This document shows positions 8,478 to 17,378 of a DNA stretch of 18,357 bases, piece by piece. The stretch's first letter is position 1. The number at the start of each line of letters is the position of its first letter. The notes beneath the pieces are model-generated. The model saw only the letters and a list, made by a program, of their open reading frames with translations, did not search any database and was not told the origin of the DNA. The stretch is from a virus (taxonomy: Duplodnaviria; Heunggongvirae; Uroviricota; Caudoviricetes). Where the stretch lies: the IMG/VR virus record IMGVR_UViG_2597489893_000006, positions 1-18,357 of that record. One strand, given 5' to 3'. Made by a program: the position numbers and the translations under genes.

Positions 8478-8504
8478 ATCACACCTTTAATCACTGATTG
8501 GGCT

Positions 8505-8684
8505 TTATCTGCTGCCCGGCATTCTCTGTTTAAGCACAACCATTTCCTGACGGCATAACACAGCAATAGCAGTCCTGGCTCCAATTTGCTTACCAACCAG
8601 GTATTGCTTTACCTCGCGGCGACTCACGCCATCAAGAAGCATCTTTAACGCTTCACGGGACAATTTGTTGTATTTGCGTGCCAT
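8505..8684 (-). CDS. Small helix-turn-helix-like protein (59 aa), translationally coupled to doc
   Basis: ATG 4 nt after the doc stop, with GGAG 7 nt upstream. Sequence LSREALKMLLDGVSRREVKQYLVGKQIGARTAIAVL resembles a resolvase/invertase-type HTH. Confidence 0.5.
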   Translation of the reverse strand: MARKYNKLSREALKMLLDGVSRREVKQYLVGKQIGARTAIAVLCRQEMVVLKQRMPGSR

Positions 8685-8688
8685 TAAT

Positions 8689-9069
8689 CTACTCCGCAGA
8701 ACCATACAATCTACGTAACGTGTCGGCGACAGAAGATACAGATATCTCGCCAGTCGCAGCGCCTACAGTAAGGTCTGCCAGTTCAGGTGAATCAAATACC
8801 TGCACCCCGTTACGGCGTAGAAATAGCAGCGCGCTGTTTAGCGCGGTACGCTTATTGGCATCATTGAATATATGCCCTCTCGCTGTAGCCACCAGGTAGG
8901 TGGCGGAGACTTCGAAAAGGTCGGTGATCTCTTCGTAGGCAACTCTGGCCTGAACTCTCCCGATAATGGCCTCTGCCCTACCCGGATCTGACATTCCCGG
9001 CAGGCCGCCGTAGCGGCTTATATTCGCATCATGAAGCGCAATAAGTTCTTCCGGTGATATATGCCTCAT
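8689..9069 (-). CDS. doc: Doc toxin (Fic-family kinase)
   Basis: 126-aa translation with the Fic motif HIFNDANKR; start overlaps the phd stop (TAATG). Confidence 0.95.
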
Positions 9070-9290
9070 TATCGGTTAACCAGTTCCTTGTTGGTGGAGT
9101 CCAGGGTGTCAAACAGGGATGCAAATTCAGCATCCAGCGCCGCTTTTTTGTAGGCTTCGAAAGTAGCCTTGCTGACAATTACTGCTGGCTCACGACCTCT
9201 GCGGGTGATTTCAACCTCTTCCCCGGCTTCAACATTGTTGAGCACTTCAGAAAGGTTGCCGCGCGCGGTACGGAAGTTAATGGATTGCAT
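9069..9290 (-). CDS. phd: Phd antitoxin
   Basis: 73 aa from ATG at 9290 ([49 protein letters not shown]...), recognisable as P1 Phd. The ORF track's longer form starts at an upstream GTG. Confidence 0.95.
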
Positions 9291-9293
9291 AAA

Positions 9294-9330
9294 CACCTCG
9301 TGTACTCGTTATGTGTACACAATTATAAAC
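9294..9330 (-). promoter_or_regulatory. phd-doc promoter/operator: perfect TATAAT, palindrome TGTGTACACA and half-site GAGTACAC, then GAGGTG Shine-Dalgarno
   Basis: Minus strand reads TTTATAATTGTGTACACATAACGAGTACACGAGGTGTTTATG. Phd is known to autoregulate through palindromic operator sites in this promoter. Confidence 0.6.
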
Positions 9331-9466
9331 TTCACAGGCATAAAGCACCAGCACTTTGCGGCTTAACAAACCTCTAGGCAGGTCATTCGTAGCCTAATGT
9401 CCGAACTGCTAAAGCATCCAAGTTGCTGTAGAATCACCGCCAATTACATAAGCCTGAAATAAGTGG

Positions 9467-10501
9467 ATGAAAATGACAAGTATTCAACAACGTGCAGAGC
9501 TTCATCGTCAAATCTGGCAAATTGCTAACGATGTCAGGGGTTCGGTCGATGGATGGGATTTTAAGCAATACGTTCTGGGCGCACTTTTCTACCGTTTTAT
9601 CAGCGAAAATTTTTCCAGTTATATTGAAGCCGGTGATGACAGTATCTGTTATGCGAAACTGGATGACAGCGTAATTACTGATGACATTAAAGACGATGCC
9701 ATCAAAACTAAAGGCTACTTCATCTACCCCAGTCAGCTTTTCTGCAACGTAGCTGCGAAAGCAAATACCAATGACAGACTGAACGCAGATTTAAACAGCA
9801 TCTTCGTTGCTATCGAAAGTTCTGCTTACGGCTACCCTTCAGAAGCAGACATCAAAGGTTTGTTTGCTGATTTCGATACCACCAGTAACCGCCTGGGTAA
9901 CACCGTTAAAGATAAAAATGCCCGCCTGGCTGCGGTTCTGAAAGGGGTTGAAGGGTTAAAACTTGGTGACTTCAACGAACATCAGATTGACCTGTTCGGT
10001 GATGCCTATGAGTTCCTGATTTCTAACTATGCGGCAAATGCCGGTAAGTCAGGCGGTGAGTTCTTTACACCGCAGCACGTCTCCAAGCTGATTGCACAAC
10101 TGGCTATGCACGGGCAGACCAACGTTAACAAAATCTACGACCCGGCAGCGGGTTCCGGCTCACTGTTGTTGCAGGCTAAAAAGCAGTTTGATAACCATAT
10201 CATCGAAGAAGGCTTTTTTGGTCAGGAAATCAACCATACAACCTATAACCTGGCACGTATGAACATGTTTTTGCACAACATCAACTACGACAAGTTTGAT
10301 ATCAAGCTGGGTAATACACTGACTGAGCCACACTTCAGAGATGAAAAACCGTTTGATGCCATCGTTTCTAACCCGCCGTATTCGGTGAAATGGATTGGCA
10401 GCGATGACCCGACGCTGATTAACGATGAACGTTTTGCCCCGGCTGGCGTCCTGGCCCCCAAATCCAAAGCTGACTTTGCGTTTGTACTACATGCGCTGAA
10501 C
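9467..10501 (+). pseudogene. hsdM: hsdM (Type IC methyltransferase), 5' fragment of 345 codons, truncated by IS903
   Basis: Translation carries the AdoMet motif [10 protein letters not shown] and the N6-adenine motif NPPY. The reading frame runs into the IS903 inverted repeat and stops after 4 IS-encoded codons (GFVE-stop). Confidence 0.9.
10493..10501. repeat. IS903 target-site duplication, left copy (GCGCTGAAC)
   Basis: Identical 9-mer found at 11559-11567 directly flanking the other inverted repeat. Confidence 0.9.
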
Positions 10502-11558
10502 GGCTTTGTTGAATAAATCAGATTTCGGGTAAGTCTCCCCCGTAGCGGGTTGTGTTTTCAGGCAATACGCACGCTTTCAGGCATACCTGCTTTCGTCATT
10601 TTGTTCAGCGCTCGTACCAGGGCCATAGCCTCTGCAACCTGACCATCGTAGTCACGCAGTGTCAGTGAACCCCCGAACAGCTGTTTTACCCGGTACATCG
10701 CCGTTTCCGCTATCGAGCGACGGTTGTAATCTGTTGTCCATTTCCACCGCGCATTACTCCCGGTCATTCGCTGATTAGCCACTGCACGGTTACGGTCTGC
10801 ATATTCACCGGGCCAGTAACCCGCACCTTTTCGGGGTGGGATAAGCGCGCTGATTTTCTTACGCCGCAGTTCATCGTGACATAGCCGGGTATCGTAAGCG
10901 CCATCGGCGGCGGCTGACCTGATTTTCCGGTGGGTTTGCCGGATTAACCCGGGGAAGGCCTCTGAGTCCGTAACGTTGTTCAGCGACAGGTCAGCGCAGA
11001 TGATTTCATGTGTTTTACTGTCAACGGCGAGATGCAGCTTACGCCAGATACGGCGGCGTTCCTGGCCATGCTTTTTGACTTTCCACTCGCCTTCACCGAA
11101 GACCTTCAGCCCGGTGGAATCAATTACCAGGTGTGCGATTTCACCCCGGGTGGGCGTTTTGAAACTGACATTAACCGACTTTGCCCGCCTGCTGACACAG
11201 CTGTAATCCGGGCAGCGTAGCGGAACGTTCATCAGAGAAAAAATGGAATCAATAAAGCCCTGCGCAGCGCGCAGGGTCAGCCTGAATACGCGTTTAATGA
11301 CCAGCACAGTCGTGATGGCAAGGTCAGAATAGCGCTGAGGTCTGCCTCGTGAAGAAGGTGTTGCTGACTCATACCAGGCCTGAATAGCTTCATCATCCAG
11401 CCAGAAAGTTATGGAGCCACGGTTGATGAGGGCTTTATTGTAGGTGGGCCAGTTGGTGATTTTGAACTTTTGCTTTGCCACGGAACGGTCTGCGTTGTCG
11501 GGAAGATACGTGATCTGATCCTTCAACTCAGCAAAAGTTCGATTTATTCAACAAAGCC
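10502..11558 (-). mobile_element. IS903 (IS5 family, IS903 group), complete 1057-bp copy
   Basis: Perfect 18-bp terminal inverted repeats GGCTTTGTTGAATAAATC (10502-10519) and GATTTATTCAACAAAGCC (11541-11558); length 1057 bp; 9-bp direct duplication on both sides; transposase ORF inside. Confidence 0.95.
10558..11481 (-). CDS. IS903 transposase (DDE), 307 aa from a GTG start
   Basis: Translation ...AKQKFKITNWPTYNKALINRGSITFWLDDEAIQAWYE... matches IS903/IS102 transposase as I recall it. The ORF track's 322-aa form begins at an upstream TTG. Confidence 0.88.
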   Translation of the reverse strand: MAKQKFKITNWPTYNKALINRGSITFWLDDEAIQAWYESATPSSRGRPQRYSDLAITTVLVIKRVFRLTLRAAQGFIDSIFSLMNVPLRCPDYSCVSRRAKSVNVSFKTPTRGEIAHLVIDSTGLKVFGEGEWKVKKHGQERRRIWRKLHLAVDSKTHEIICADLSLNNVTDSEAFPGLIRQTHRKIRSAAADGAYDTRLCHDELRRKKISALIPPRKGAGYWPGEYADRNRAVANQRMTGSNARWKWTTDYNRRSIAETAMYRVKQLFGGSLTLRDYDGQVAEAMALVRALNKMTKAGMPESVRIA

Positions 11559-11567
11559 GCGCTGAAC
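11559..11567. repeat. IS903 target-site duplication, right copy (GCGCTGAAC)
   Basis: Identical to 10493-10501. Confidence 0.9.
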
Positions 11568-12095
11568 TATCTTTCGGCCAAAGGTCGTGCTGCGATTGTC
11601 TGCTTCCCGGGTATTTTTTACCGTGGCGGCGCGGAGCAGAAAATCCGTCAGTATCTGGTCGATAATAACTATGTCGAAACCGTGATTTCACTGGCACCGA
11701 ACCTGTTCTTTGGCACCACTATTGCTGTAAACATTCTGGTGCTGTCTAAACATAAAACGGATACCAAAGTTCAGTTTATTGATGCCAGCGAACTGTTCAA
11801 AAAAGAAACCAACAACAATATCCTGACCGATGCCCATATCGAACAGATTATGCAGGTATTTGCCAGCAAGGAAGATGTTGCTCATCTGGCGAAATCTGTT
11901 GCGTTTGAGACTGTTGTCGCGAATGACTATAACCTGTCGGTGAGCAGCTATGTGGAAGCGAAAGATAACCGCGAAATTATCGATATCGGTGAGCTGAATG
12001 CAGAGCTGAAAACCACGGTCAGCAAAATCGACCAGTTGCGTAAAGATATTGATGCAATTGTGGCTGAAATTGAAGGCTGCGAGGTGCAGAAATGA
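11559..12095 (+). pseudogene. hsdM: hsdM 3' fragment (C-terminal 175 codons plus the duplicated ALN codons)
   Basis: Frame continues from the duplicated GCG CTG AAC into [49 protein letters not shown]... Removing the IS and one duplication copy restores a 520-codon ORF (the 1066-bp insertion is a +1 frame shift, which matches the observed frames). Confidence 0.9.
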
Positions 12096-13297
12096 GCGAG
12101 ATGAGTTATCTGGAAAAATTGCTGGATGGGGTTGAGGTTGAGTGGAAGACACTTGGGCAAACTTGCAAAATTGAAACAGGAAAGCTTAATGCGAATGCGG
12201 CTGTTGATGATGGAGAGTATATGTTCTTCACGACAGCCAAAGAGACAAGCAAAATTGATAAATTCCGCTGGGATACAGAGGCATTGCTGATTGCAGGCAA
12301 TGCGAATGTTGGTGAGGTGAAGCATTACATCGGCAAGTTTGAGGCTTATCAGCGCACCTATGTTCTGACAAATTTCGACGAAAATGTAAGTGTTAGATTT
12401 TTGTATTTTGTGCTTAGCCATAGCCTGAAGAAATATCTCGAGGAAAGAACAAATAGCGCGGCAATGACATATATCGTGCTATCAACCTTAGAGAATTTCC
12501 CTATCCCCATCCCCTGCCCGGATAATCCGGAAAAATCCCTTGCCATCCAGTCTGAAATCGTTCGGATTCTGGATAAATTTACTGCACTTACCGCTGAGCT
12601 TACCGCTGAGCTTAACATGCGTAAAAAACAGTACAACTACTATCGCGACCAGTTGTTGAGTTTTAAAGATGGTGAGGTTGAGTGGAAGACTTTGGGGGAA
12701 ATTGGAGATTTTACATATGGATATGCAGCCAAAGCCATGGATTCAGGAGATGCCCGTTTCGTGAGAATTACTGACATAAATAAAGACGGGAAGCTATCGA
12801 AAGAAAACCCAATGTACGTTGAATTAAATGAGGAAAATGAGAAATATACCTTAGACAAAAATGATTTACTCATGGCAAGAACTGGGGCAACCTTTGGTAA
12901 AACAATGATTTTTGAAGAAGATTATCCAGCAGTATACGCTGGTTTTTTAATAAAGTTGAACCTAAATAAAACGATTATTAATGCCAAATATTACTGGCAC
13001 TTTGCACAAAGTGATTTTTTTTGGGAACAGGCTAATAAATTAGTATCTGGTGGTGGGCAACCACAGTTTAATGCTAATGCACTGAAACAAGTCAGAGTAC
13101 CTATTCCATACCCATCTCACCCTCAAAAATCTTTAGACGAACAGGGGCGTATTGTGGATATTCTGGATAAGTTTGATGCAATCGCAGCTTCCATCACCGA
13201 AGGTCTTCCGCGTGAAATCGAGTTGCGCCAGAAACAATACGAATACTACCGTGATTTACTGTTCAGTTTCCCGAAACCTGAAACTGCCAGTAATTAA
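12092..13297 (+). CDS. hsdS: HsdS, Type IC specificity subunit
   Basis: 401 aa; ATG overlaps the hsdM stop (ATGA). Conserved N-terminal, central and C-terminal regions with internal duplication (VEWKTLG twice; ILDKF twice) and a central TAELTAEL repeat; two variable target-recognition domains. Confidence 0.9.
   Translation: MSEMSYLEKLLDGVEVEWKTLGQTCKIETGKLNANAAVDDGEYMFFTTAKETSKIDKFRWDTEALLIAGNANVGEVKHYIGKFEAYQRTYVLTNFDENVSVRFLYFVLSHSLKKYLEERTNSAAMTYIVLSTLENFPIPIPCPDNPEKSLAIQSEIVRILDKFTALTAELTAELNMRKKQYNYYRDQLLSFKDGEVEWKTLGEIGDFTYGYAAKAMDSGDARFVRITDINKDGKLSKENPMYVELNEENEKYTLDKNDLLMARTGATFGKTMIFEEDYPAVYAGFLIKLNLNKTIINAKYYWHFAQSDFFWEQANKLVSGGGQPQFNANALKQVRVPIPYPSHPQKSLDEQGRIVDILDKFDAIAASITEGLPREIELRQKQYEYYRDLLFSFPKPETASN
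12587..12610 (+). repeat. Two tandem copies of the 12-bp repeat CTTACCGCTGAG (encoding TAEL-TAEL) in the hsdS central conserved region
   Basis: Directly visible tandem repeat. In the EcoR124I/EcoR124II family the copy number (2 versus 3) sets the spacer length of the recognition sequence. Confidence 0.85.
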
Positions 13298-13418
13298 TTG
13301 ATCATTGCTACCGATCGGACCACCTTAACACCCGGTCAGTATATAGACTATTTTTTACGCGCCGGAAGTCACCATTACCCCCCTTCCGGCCCTTGCCAGA
13401 CGGCACAAAGGATGCGCT

Positions 13419-16400
13419 ATGACTCATCAGACACACACCATTGCTGAATCCAATAACTTTATCGTTCTTGATAAGTACATCAAAGCTGAGCCAACAGGCG
13501 ACAGCTACCAGAGCGAATCGGACCTGGAACGTGAACTGATTCAGGACCTGCAAAATCAGGGTTATGAATTTATTTCCGTAAAATCACAGTCGGCAATGCT
13601 GTCCAATGTTCGGGAACAGCTTCAGAGCCTCAATGGTGTGATGTTTAATGACAGCGAGTGGCGGCGCTTCACGGAGCAGTATCTGGACAACCCCAGCGAT
13701 GGTATTCTGGATAAAACCCGTAAAATCCATATCGACTATATCTGCGACTTTATTTTTGATGACGGGCGACTTGAGAACATCTATTTGATAGATAAAAAGA
13801 ATCTCATGCGCAATAAGGTGCAGATTATCCAGCAGTTTGAACAGACGGGTTCTCATGCTAACCGTTATGACGTCACGATCCTGGTTAATGGTTTACCGCT
13901 GGTGCAAATCGAACTAAAAAAACGCGGGGTGGCGATTCGTGAGGCTTTCAACCAGATACATCGTTACAGTAAAGAGAGTTTTAACAGCGAAAATTCCCTG
14001 TTTAAGTATCTGCAACTGTTTGTCATTTCTAACGGCACCGATACCCGTTATTTTGCCAACACGACAAAGCGCGATAAAAACAGTTTTGACTTCACCATGA
14101 ATTGGGCGAAATCAGACAACACGCTGATTAAAGACCTCAAAGACTTTACCGCTACCTTTTTCCAGAAACATACTCTGCTGAATGTTCTGGTGAACTACAG
14201 CGTTTTTGACAGTAGTCAGACGCTACTGGTGATGCGACCGTACCAGATTGCCGCCACCGAGCGCATTCTGTGGAAAATTAAGAGTTCCTTTACAGCGAAG
14301 AACTGGTCAAAACCGGAAAGCGGTGGGTATATCTGGCACACTACCGGTTCTGGTAAAACCCTCACCAGCTTTAAAGCCGCGCGTCTGGCAACAGAGCTGG
14401 ACTTTATTGATAAAGTCTTCTTTGTGGTCGACAGGAAAGACCTCGATTACCAGACCATGAAGGAATATCAGCGTTTTTCGCCAGACAGCGTCAACGGCTC
14501 GGAAAATACCGCAGGCCTTAAACGAAATCTGGATAAGGACGATAACAAAATTATCGTCACTACTATTCAGAAACTCAATAACCTGATGAAAGCAGAAAGC
14601 GACCTGCCTGTATATAATCAGCAAGTGGTGTTTATATTTGATGAATGCCACCGCAGCCAGTTTGGAGAAGCGCAGAAAAACCTGAAGAAGAAATTCAAAC
14701 GCTATTATCAGTTTGGTTTTACCGGCACACCTATTTTCCCGGAAAACGCCTTAGGCTCAGAAACGACCGCCAGCGTATTTGGTCGTGAATTGCATTCGTA
14801 TGTAATTACCGATGCGATTCGTGATGAAAAAGTGCTCAAATTCAAGGTGGACTACAACGATGTGCGGCCACAGTTTAAGTCTTTAGAGACAGAAACTGAC
14901 GAGAAAAAACTAAGTGCGGCTGAAAATCAGCAGGCGTTTCTTCATCCCATGCGTATACAGGAAATTACGCAATATATTCTGAATAACTTCCGCCAGAAGA
15001 CGCACCGTACTTTCCCTGGCGCAAAAGGTTTTAATGCTATGTTGGCAGTGAGCAGCGTGGATGCTGCAAAAGCCTATTACGCGGCGTTTAAACGGTTACA
15101 AGAGGAAGCCGCTAATAAATCTGCAACTTATAAACCGCTGCGTGTTGCGACAATCTTCTCCTTTGCCGCTAATGAAGAACAAAATGCCATTGGTGAAATT
15201 TCCGATGAAACTTTTGATACCAGCGCAATGGACAGCAGTGCTAAAGAGTTTCTTGACGCTGCAATTCGTGAGTATAACAGCTATTTTAAAACTAACTTCA
15301 GCACCGACGGTAACGGTTTTCAGAACTACTATCGCGATTTAGCCCAACGGGTTAAAAATCAGGATATCGATCTGTTAATTGTCGTTGGGATGTTTTTAAC
15401 CGGCTTCGACGCTCCAACATTGAACACGCTATTCGTCGATAAAAACTTGCGTTTTCACGGCCTGATGCAGGCATTTTCCCGCACCAACCGCATTTATAAC
15501 GCCACTAAAACCTTCGGTAACATTGTCACTTTTCGGGATCTGGAACGCTCAACCATTGATGCCATAACGCTGTTTGGTGATAAAAATACCAAAAATGTGG
15601 TGTTAGAAAAGAGTTATGCAGAGTATATGGAAGGTTTTACTGATGCTGCCACCGGTGAAGCCAAACGCGGCTTTATGGCAGTAGTTTCAGAACTGGAACA
15701 ACGGTTCCCTGACCCTGCCAGTATTGAAAGTGAAAAAGAGAAGAAAGACTTCGTTAAACTGTTTGGCGAATACCTGCGTGCCGAGAACATCCTGCAAAAC
15801 TATGATGAATTTGCCACGCTAAAAGCCCTGCAACAAATCGATCTTAGCGATCCTGTTGCGGTAGAAAAATTCAAAGCAGAACATTATGTGGATGATGAAA
15901 AGTTCGCTGAATTGCAAACAATTCGTCTCCCTGCTGATCGCAAGATTCAGGATTATCGTTCTGCCTATAACGATATTCGCGACTGGCAGCGCCGTGAGAA
16001 AGAAGCTGAGAAAAAAGAGAAATCAACCACTGACTGGGATGACGTGGTTTTTGAGGTCGATTTGCTGAAGTCTCAGGAAATAAACCTGGATTATATCCTT
16101 GGACTGATTTTCGAACACAACAGACAAAATAAAGGCAAGGGCGAAATGATCGAAGAGGTCAAACGCTTAATTCGTTCAAGCCTGGGGAACCGGGCGAAAG
16201 AGGGCCTGGTGGTCGATTTTATTCAGCAAACGAACCTGGATGATTTACCAGACAAAGCCAGTATCATTGAGGCATTCTTTACGTTTGCTCAACGCGAACA
16301 GCAACGTGAAGCAGAAGCATTGATAAAAGAAGAAAATCTCAATGAAGATGCAGCAAAACGCTATATTCGCACGTCTTTAAAACGCGAATACGCCACCGAA

Positions 16401-16535
16401 AATGGCACAGAATTAAACGAAACATTACCAAAACTTAGTCCGTTGAATCCGCAATATAAAACGAAAAAACAGGCAGTTTTCCAGAAAATCGTCTCGTTTA
16501 TTGAGAAGTTTAAAGGCGTAGGCGGAAAAATATAG
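13419..16535 (+). CDS. hsdR: HsdR, Type IC restriction endonuclease/translocase subunit
   Basis: 1038 aa with an N-terminal PD-(D/E)xK-like nuclease motif (D...IELKK), Walker A TGSGKT and a DECH box ([10 protein letters not shown]); length equals EcoR124I HsdR. Confidence 0.93.
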   Translation: MTHQTHTIAESNNFIVLDKYIKAEPTGDSYQSESDLERELIQDLQNQGYEFISVKSQSAMLSNVREQLQSLNGVMFNDSEWRRFTEQYLDNPSDGILDKTRKIHIDYICDFIFDDGRLENIYLIDKKNLMRNKVQIIQQFEQTGSHANRYDVTILVNGLPLVQIELKKRGVAIREAFNQIHRYSKESFNSENSLFKYLQLFVISNGTDTRYFANTTKRDKNSFDFTMNWAKSDNTLIKDLKDFTATFFQKHTLLNVLVNYSVFDSSQTLLVMRPYQIAATERILWKIKSSFTAKNWSKPESGGYIWHTTGSGKTLTSFKAARLATELDFIDKVFFVVDRKDLDYQTMKEYQRFSPDSVNGSENTAGLKRNLDKDDNKIIVTTIQKLNNLMKAESDLPVYNQQVVFIFDECHRSQFGEAQKNLKKKFKRYYQFGFTGTPIFPENALGSETTASVFGRELHSYVITDAIRDEKVLKFKVDYNDVRPQFKSLETETDEKKLSAAENQQAFLHPMRIQEITQYILNNFRQKTHRTFPGAKGFNAMLAVSSVDAAKAYYAAFKRLQEEAANKSATYKPLRVATIFSFAANEEQNAIGEISDETFDTSAMDSSAKEFLDAAIREYNSYFKTNFSTDGNGFQNYYRDLAQRVKNQDIDLLIVVGMFLTGFDAPTLNTLFVDKNLRFHGLMQAFSRTNRIYNATKTFGNIVTFRDLERSTIDAITLFGDKNTKNVVLEKSYAEYMEGFTDAATGEAKRGFMAVVSELEQRFPDPASIESEKEKKDFVKLFGEYLRAENILQNYDEFATLKALQQIDLSDPVAVEKFKAEHYVDDEKFAELQTIRLPADRKIQDYRSAYNDIRDWQRREKEAEKKEKSTTDWDDVVFEVDLLKSQEINLDYILGLIFEHNRQNKGKGEMIEEVKRLIRSSLGNRAKEGLVVDFIQQTNLDDLPDKASIIEAFFTFAQREQQREAEALIKEENLNEDAAKRYIRTSLKREYATENGTELNETLPKLSPLNPQYKTKKQAVFQKIVSFIEKFKGVGGKI

Positions 16536-16550
16536 CCCAATTCGTGTTTT

Positions 16551-16580
16551 TCTTGCGGGTTCTTAATTAAACCCGCAAGA
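16551..16580. repeat. Perfect 10-bp inverted repeat hairpin 16 nt after the hsdR stop, without a 3' U-tract
   Basis: TCTTGCGGGT (16551-16560) and ACCCGCAAGA (16571-16580) with a 10-nt loop. Confidence 0.4.
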
Positions 16581-16614
16581 GCTCGTGGGGTTCCAAATGG
16601 CTAATATACTCCCC

Positions 16615-16701
16615 TTACCCATGCGCGACGATGCCGTCAAAAGTGATAGAGAACAGCCAGAAATAGATCGCGGCCATAATGATTTTGAATGCCGTGTTCA
16701 T
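16615..16701 (-). CDS. Candidate small hydrophobic peptide, 28 aa (MNTAFKIIMAAIYFWLFSITFDGIVAHG)
   Basis: ATG preceded by AGGAG with an 8-nt spacer; one predicted transmembrane-like segment. Lies antisense between the hsdR stop and the plus-strand terminator, downstream of a C1-operator-like site. Confidence 0.3.
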   Translation of the reverse strand: MNTAFKIIMAAIYFWLFSITFDGIVAHG

Positions 16702-16727
16702 ATTTTCAGCTCCTGTGATTGATTGGA

Positions 16728-16761
16728 AACATGCCGCGCCTTGCGGCATGTTTTTATTTTT
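16728..16761 (+). terminator. Rho-independent terminator (plus-strand orientation)
   Basis: AACATGCCGC-GCCTT-GCGGCATGTT (10-bp stem) followed by TTTTTATTTTT. Confidence 0.7.
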
Positions 16762-16783
16762 ACTTTCTCTGTTTTAAAAATCA

Positions 16784-16800
16784 AGATTTATTAGAACAAT
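16784..16800 (-). promoter_or_regulatory. C1-operator-like 17-mer abutting the stop codon of the HAD-like gene
   Basis: agatttattagaacaat matches the reverse complement of the consensus at 15/17. It shares the extended context AAAAATCAAGA with the operator at 2594-2610. Confidence 0.5.
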
Positions 16801-17306
16801 TATTGTTGATGAAGAAGCGCATTTTCATACTCCCTGACCATTAATGTAAGTACGCCATGACTCCTGAACACACGCGCCACTTCAATCTTATCTTCCAGCG
16901 CGAACGCAATTTTACTTAGACCAATTTTCTTCAGGAGATCAATCTTTGCTGGACCGTCATTTCTGTCATCGGTGGCAGGACGCATAGATAGCAAAGGCTC
17001 AGCCCCGTTTGTTACGTACTTCCGCAGCCAGGCTCGTGTTTTATCCCTTGCGATCTCACAGCGCCCGGTTACAAACCAGACCGTGTAAACGTTAAATAAC
17101 TGGCGCACCATATCAATAACTGGAGTGATGGGAGCATCAGTGTCACAGGCAAGGTTAAACTCGTTCCAGTGCTCTGTTAATGCACCTTTGCCAGGTGGTG
17201 GAAGTAAATGCAGCCTGTCTTCCGTTGCCTCTGATATCGTCCCATCAATATCTACTATGACGATGTACGGACGTTCCTGGTGTGCGTGTTTATTGAAAAT
17301 ACTCAA
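16800..17306 (-). CDS. HAD-superfamily phosphatase-like protein (DxDGT motif), 168 aa
   Basis: N-terminal IVIVDIDGTISE matches HAD motif I (as in polynucleotide kinase 3'-phosphatase domains and other HAD enzymes). Start is TTG preceded by GAGGAGGG. Confidence 0.6.
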   Translation of the reverse strand: MSIFNKHAHQERPYIVIVDIDGTISEATEDRLHLLPPPGKGALTEHWNEFNLACDTDAPITPVIDMVRQLFNVYTVWFVTGRCEIARDKTRAWLRKYVTNGAEPLLSMRPATDDRNDGPAKIDLLKKIGLSKIAFALEDKIEVARVFRSHGVLTLMVREYENALLHQQ

Positions 17307-17325
17307 ATGCCCTCCTCATTGGACG

Positions 17326-17358
17326 AAAAAAATGCTGGTGGGAGCACTCCACCAGCAT
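17326..17358 (-). terminator. Rho-independent terminator (minus strand) after the coiled-coil protein gene
   Basis: Minus strand reads ATGCTGGTGG-AGTGCTC-CCACCAGCAT followed by TTTTTTT. Confidence 0.65.
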
Positions 17359-17378
17359 TAAAAGTGACACTGTAACTA

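Noticed and set aside
10976-11220. Plus-strand ORFs inside IS903
   Set aside because: They are antisense to the transposase; the IS903 family encodes a single transposase.
11688-12873. Minus-strand ORFs across the hsdM 3' fragment and hsdS (11688-12152, 11948-12421, 12358-12636, 12640-12873)
   Set aside because: They are antisense to genes with clear Type I motifs and are low-complexity and AT-codon-driven.
13298-13418. Possible prrC-type anticodon nuclease gene between hsdS and hsdR
   Set aside because: The gap is only 121 bp and holds a hairpin (GCCGGAAG...CTTCCGGC) but no ORF; this cassette has no embedded anticodon nuclease.
13584-15342. ORFs antisense to or nested in hsdR (13584-13856, 14307-14651, 14248-14460, 15061-15342)
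   Set aside because: hsdR is a continuous 1038-codon frame with helicase and nuclease motifs; these are shadow ORFs.
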